Part shown: positions 30,265-32,000 of the stretch, one piece after another
Layout of the letters: every line of letters starts with the position of its first letter
Position numbering within the stretch: the stretch's first letter is position 1
NCBI RefSeq assembly: GCF_000195975.1
Contig: NC_005070.1
Span: 1,500,001-1,532,000 of the forward strand
DNA from: Parasynechococcus marenigrum WH 8102
GTDB taxonomy: Bacteria; Cyanobacteriota; Cyanobacteriia; PCC-6307; Cyanobiaceae
Direction: 5' to 3'
Length of the DNA stretch: 32,000 nt
The notes under the pieces: model-generated
Database searches by the model: none
The model's input: the letters and a program-made list of their open reading frames with translations, nothing else
Told to the model about the DNA's origin: nothing
Position numbers and translations under genes: made by a program

Positions 30265-30983
30265 ATGGCGCGACGGCAGAAGGGATCGCACCTGCGTCTG
30301 CTGCTCCTGTTCACGCTGCTGGTGCTGGTGGGTTTTGCCTTCCCACGCCTGATCTGGGCCACCCACCTGGGCTACAGCCTGATCGCCCTACTGCTGACCC
30401 AGGTGATGGTGCGCGACAGCCAGGCCCCTGACTGGAGTGATCGGATCTACCGCGGCTTGGGGCTGTTTGCGGTGTTGACCATGTGGCTCTGGCTGATCAC
30501 ACCGCTGGAACTGATCTACAGCGGCGTTCCGCTGGCGCTCAGCTGGAGTGTGTTGGTGGGCTGGAGTGTGATCCGGCTGGTCAAACGCTTTGCCGATGAG
30601 CCCAAGGTCACCGAATCACTGCTGATGGGGGCGACCGCGGGCTACCTGCACATCGGTCTTACAGCTGGACTGGTGATGAGTGCCCTGGAAACCATCCAAC
30701 CCGGCAGCTTCGAACCGCTGACTGTTGCCCAGGCCGGGATAACAGCGTGCTGGCAGCAGCCCATGCCTTTTCGGCGATCAACTACTACGCCCTTGTGTGT
30801 CTCACCACCGTGGGCTTCGGCGACATCAATCCGATGCTGCCGCTGTCGCGAATGGTGAGTGTGGTCACCATCATCGCCGGCCCGCTCTATCTGGCAGCGG
30901 TGATGGGGGTGCTGATCGGCCGTTTCGCCAGCAGTCTCGACCGCGATACGAGAACAGTAGATGACGCTCAGAGGCGTCAGTGA
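30265..30983 (+). pseudogene. two-TM/pore-loop K+ channel, apparently frameshifted (1 nt missing near the GGG run at 30736-30738)
   Basis: MARRQKGSHLRLLLLFTLLVLVG... continues to ~30738. The selectivity filter LTTVGFGDINP and the outer TM are in ORF 30747..30983, one frame away. Adding one G gives ...AQAGDNSVLAAAHAFSAINYYALVCLTTVGFGD. Confidence 0.6.
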
Positions 30984-31359
30984 CAGCATTGGTTGGCGAA
31001 GGCACGCGAAACAACGGTGGTTGTCACAGCGACGATCAAAAAAGTTGCTTTTGAAAAGCACCGACAGGGCTTTTTTTCTTCGATACAAGCCGTCCATCGG
31101 ATAAAGATCATTCGCCGATTTCATGAATCCAGTTTTTCTTGGTCGTCCATTGGATGAAAGTGGAAGCCCAATGATGCAAAAAGATCTCTCAAATCATCGG
31201 AGGCAACGTCCACAGCATGTGACTGACGGGCGTGCTCAATACCGACACAACAAGTCACAACACAGCGCGTCCTTAGGACAGCCACACAAAAATGAATCAT
31301 TTGTAATCGCGTAAAGATATTTTTGCTGATAGAAATACCTGGCTATTCATTGCTGGGCT

Positions 31360-31587
31360 GTGAACGAATCAGACCAAATCCAGGACGAAGCTGTCGCAAG
31401 GGCCGTCACGTATTTAGTCGCCGCTGTGCTGATGATCGTCATGCTTTTGCTAGTCGGACTGTTTCTACAAGCAGCGCTGGGTGAGCATGCAGAAGTCACA
31501 GCACAAGTTGTAAAACCAGGCTTTGCTCAACCCACTCCCCCGCCCACATCGAAACGCAGTTTGTGGAATCAATTGAACGAGGCTTAA
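31360..31587 (+). CDS. small single-pass membrane protein (hypothetical)
   Basis: 75 aa with a GTG start. One TM span (VTYLVAAVLMIVMLLLVGLFLQAAL) followed by a Pro-rich tail. Confidence 0.35.
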   Translation: MNESDQIQDEAVARAVTYLVAAVLMIVMLLLVGLFLQAALGEHAEVTAQVVKPGFAQPTPPPTSKRSLWNQLNEA

Positions 31588-32000
31588 ATATCGTTTTTTC
31601 AAGCACAAAACTTGACTTTACTATACTTAAATTGGATGTCGGCACTGATCACGGCCTATCAGAGATGCATAAGTGAGGGACCCAGAGGGCACACCCAGAC
31701 GACAGGCTTGAAGCAAGTTCCCAAGATTTTTTTTGATCTGCTTGCAAAAGGGGAAGGCCGCCCTTCCCGATGGAAAGACGGCCTATCTCGCTCGCTTATG
31801 CATGTCAATCGACCTGGTCAGTGAAGCTGTATTCGTGAAGCATTAATGCCTTTCGAACGACAGTGAACTGAAAGTAGAGGTCGAAGCGTCTGGCTTAATG
31901 GCAACCCTGGGGCCATTGGGTCCAGGTGTGGTGCAGGTCTTCTACGGGGCACCTAAGAACGGTGCAGAGAAGATTCGACTGATCAGACGACCATCAGTGT

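Noticed and set aside
30642-31314. ORFs 30642..31124 (-) and 31123..31314 (+), and a GCTTTT-G-AAAAGC palindrome near 31040
   Set aside because: The first is antisense to the K+ channel pore region. The second has no support. The palindrome has no loop or a 1-nt loop and only a weak T-run, so I did not call a terminator.
31898-32000. Partial ORF starting at ATG 31898 (MATLGPLGPGVVQVFYGAPKNGAEKIRLIRRPSV...) and running off the window
   Set aside because: Only 34 codons are visible and there is no recognisable motif. The evidence is insufficient.

Overview
By gene content this looks like a marine picocyanobacterial (Synechococcus-like) chromosome; that assignment is inference. The GC-rich right part (24.8-32 kb) is ordinary core genome. 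It holds tRNA-Ala(GGC), lexA, a DUF1651-like gene, a DUF2805/TIGR03643 gene, argF, ftsH, an SRAP peptidase, a frameshifted K+ channel and small ORFs. The ~24.8 kb to the left is a compositionally mosaic accessory island attached to the 3' end of tRNA-Ala.

The clearest unit is a ~9.4 kb integrative element (15454-24893) bounded by a perfect 46-nt direct repeat of the tRNA-Ala 3' part. It carries a tyrosine integrase, an Xis-like HTH protein, an AEP primase with an in-frame stop, a RecA-like helicase with a frameshift, an HTH regulator and AT-rich cargo. The cargo is a secreted SNase/Excalibur nuclease, a membrane protein and small peptides, followed by a 3-gene operon of unknown function. Both ends carry triplets of a TTTGGCGCACA 12-mer. 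This layout resembles the tycheposons reported in Prochlorococcus and P4-like satellites.

A second paralogous integrase plus Xis-like gene sits on the other side of the tRNA fragment. Its catalytic Arg II is replaced by Gly, which suggests a decayed tandem element.

Further left are three large signal-peptide-less repeat proteins (SBBP-like or RCC1-like propellers, Pro/Thr linkers, tandem PPC domains). All three share one ~133-aa C-terminal module. Around them are thermonuclease remnants, HTH-gene paralogues that differ almost only at synonymous sites, a small-protein family (3 copies plus 1 remnant), a dispersed ~53-nt repeat (5 copies), a 142-nt inverted duplication encoding two mini-ORFs, and many small hydrophobic peptide ORFs. 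There is no rRNA and no CRISPR. All family assignments come from motifs read by eye, not from searches.
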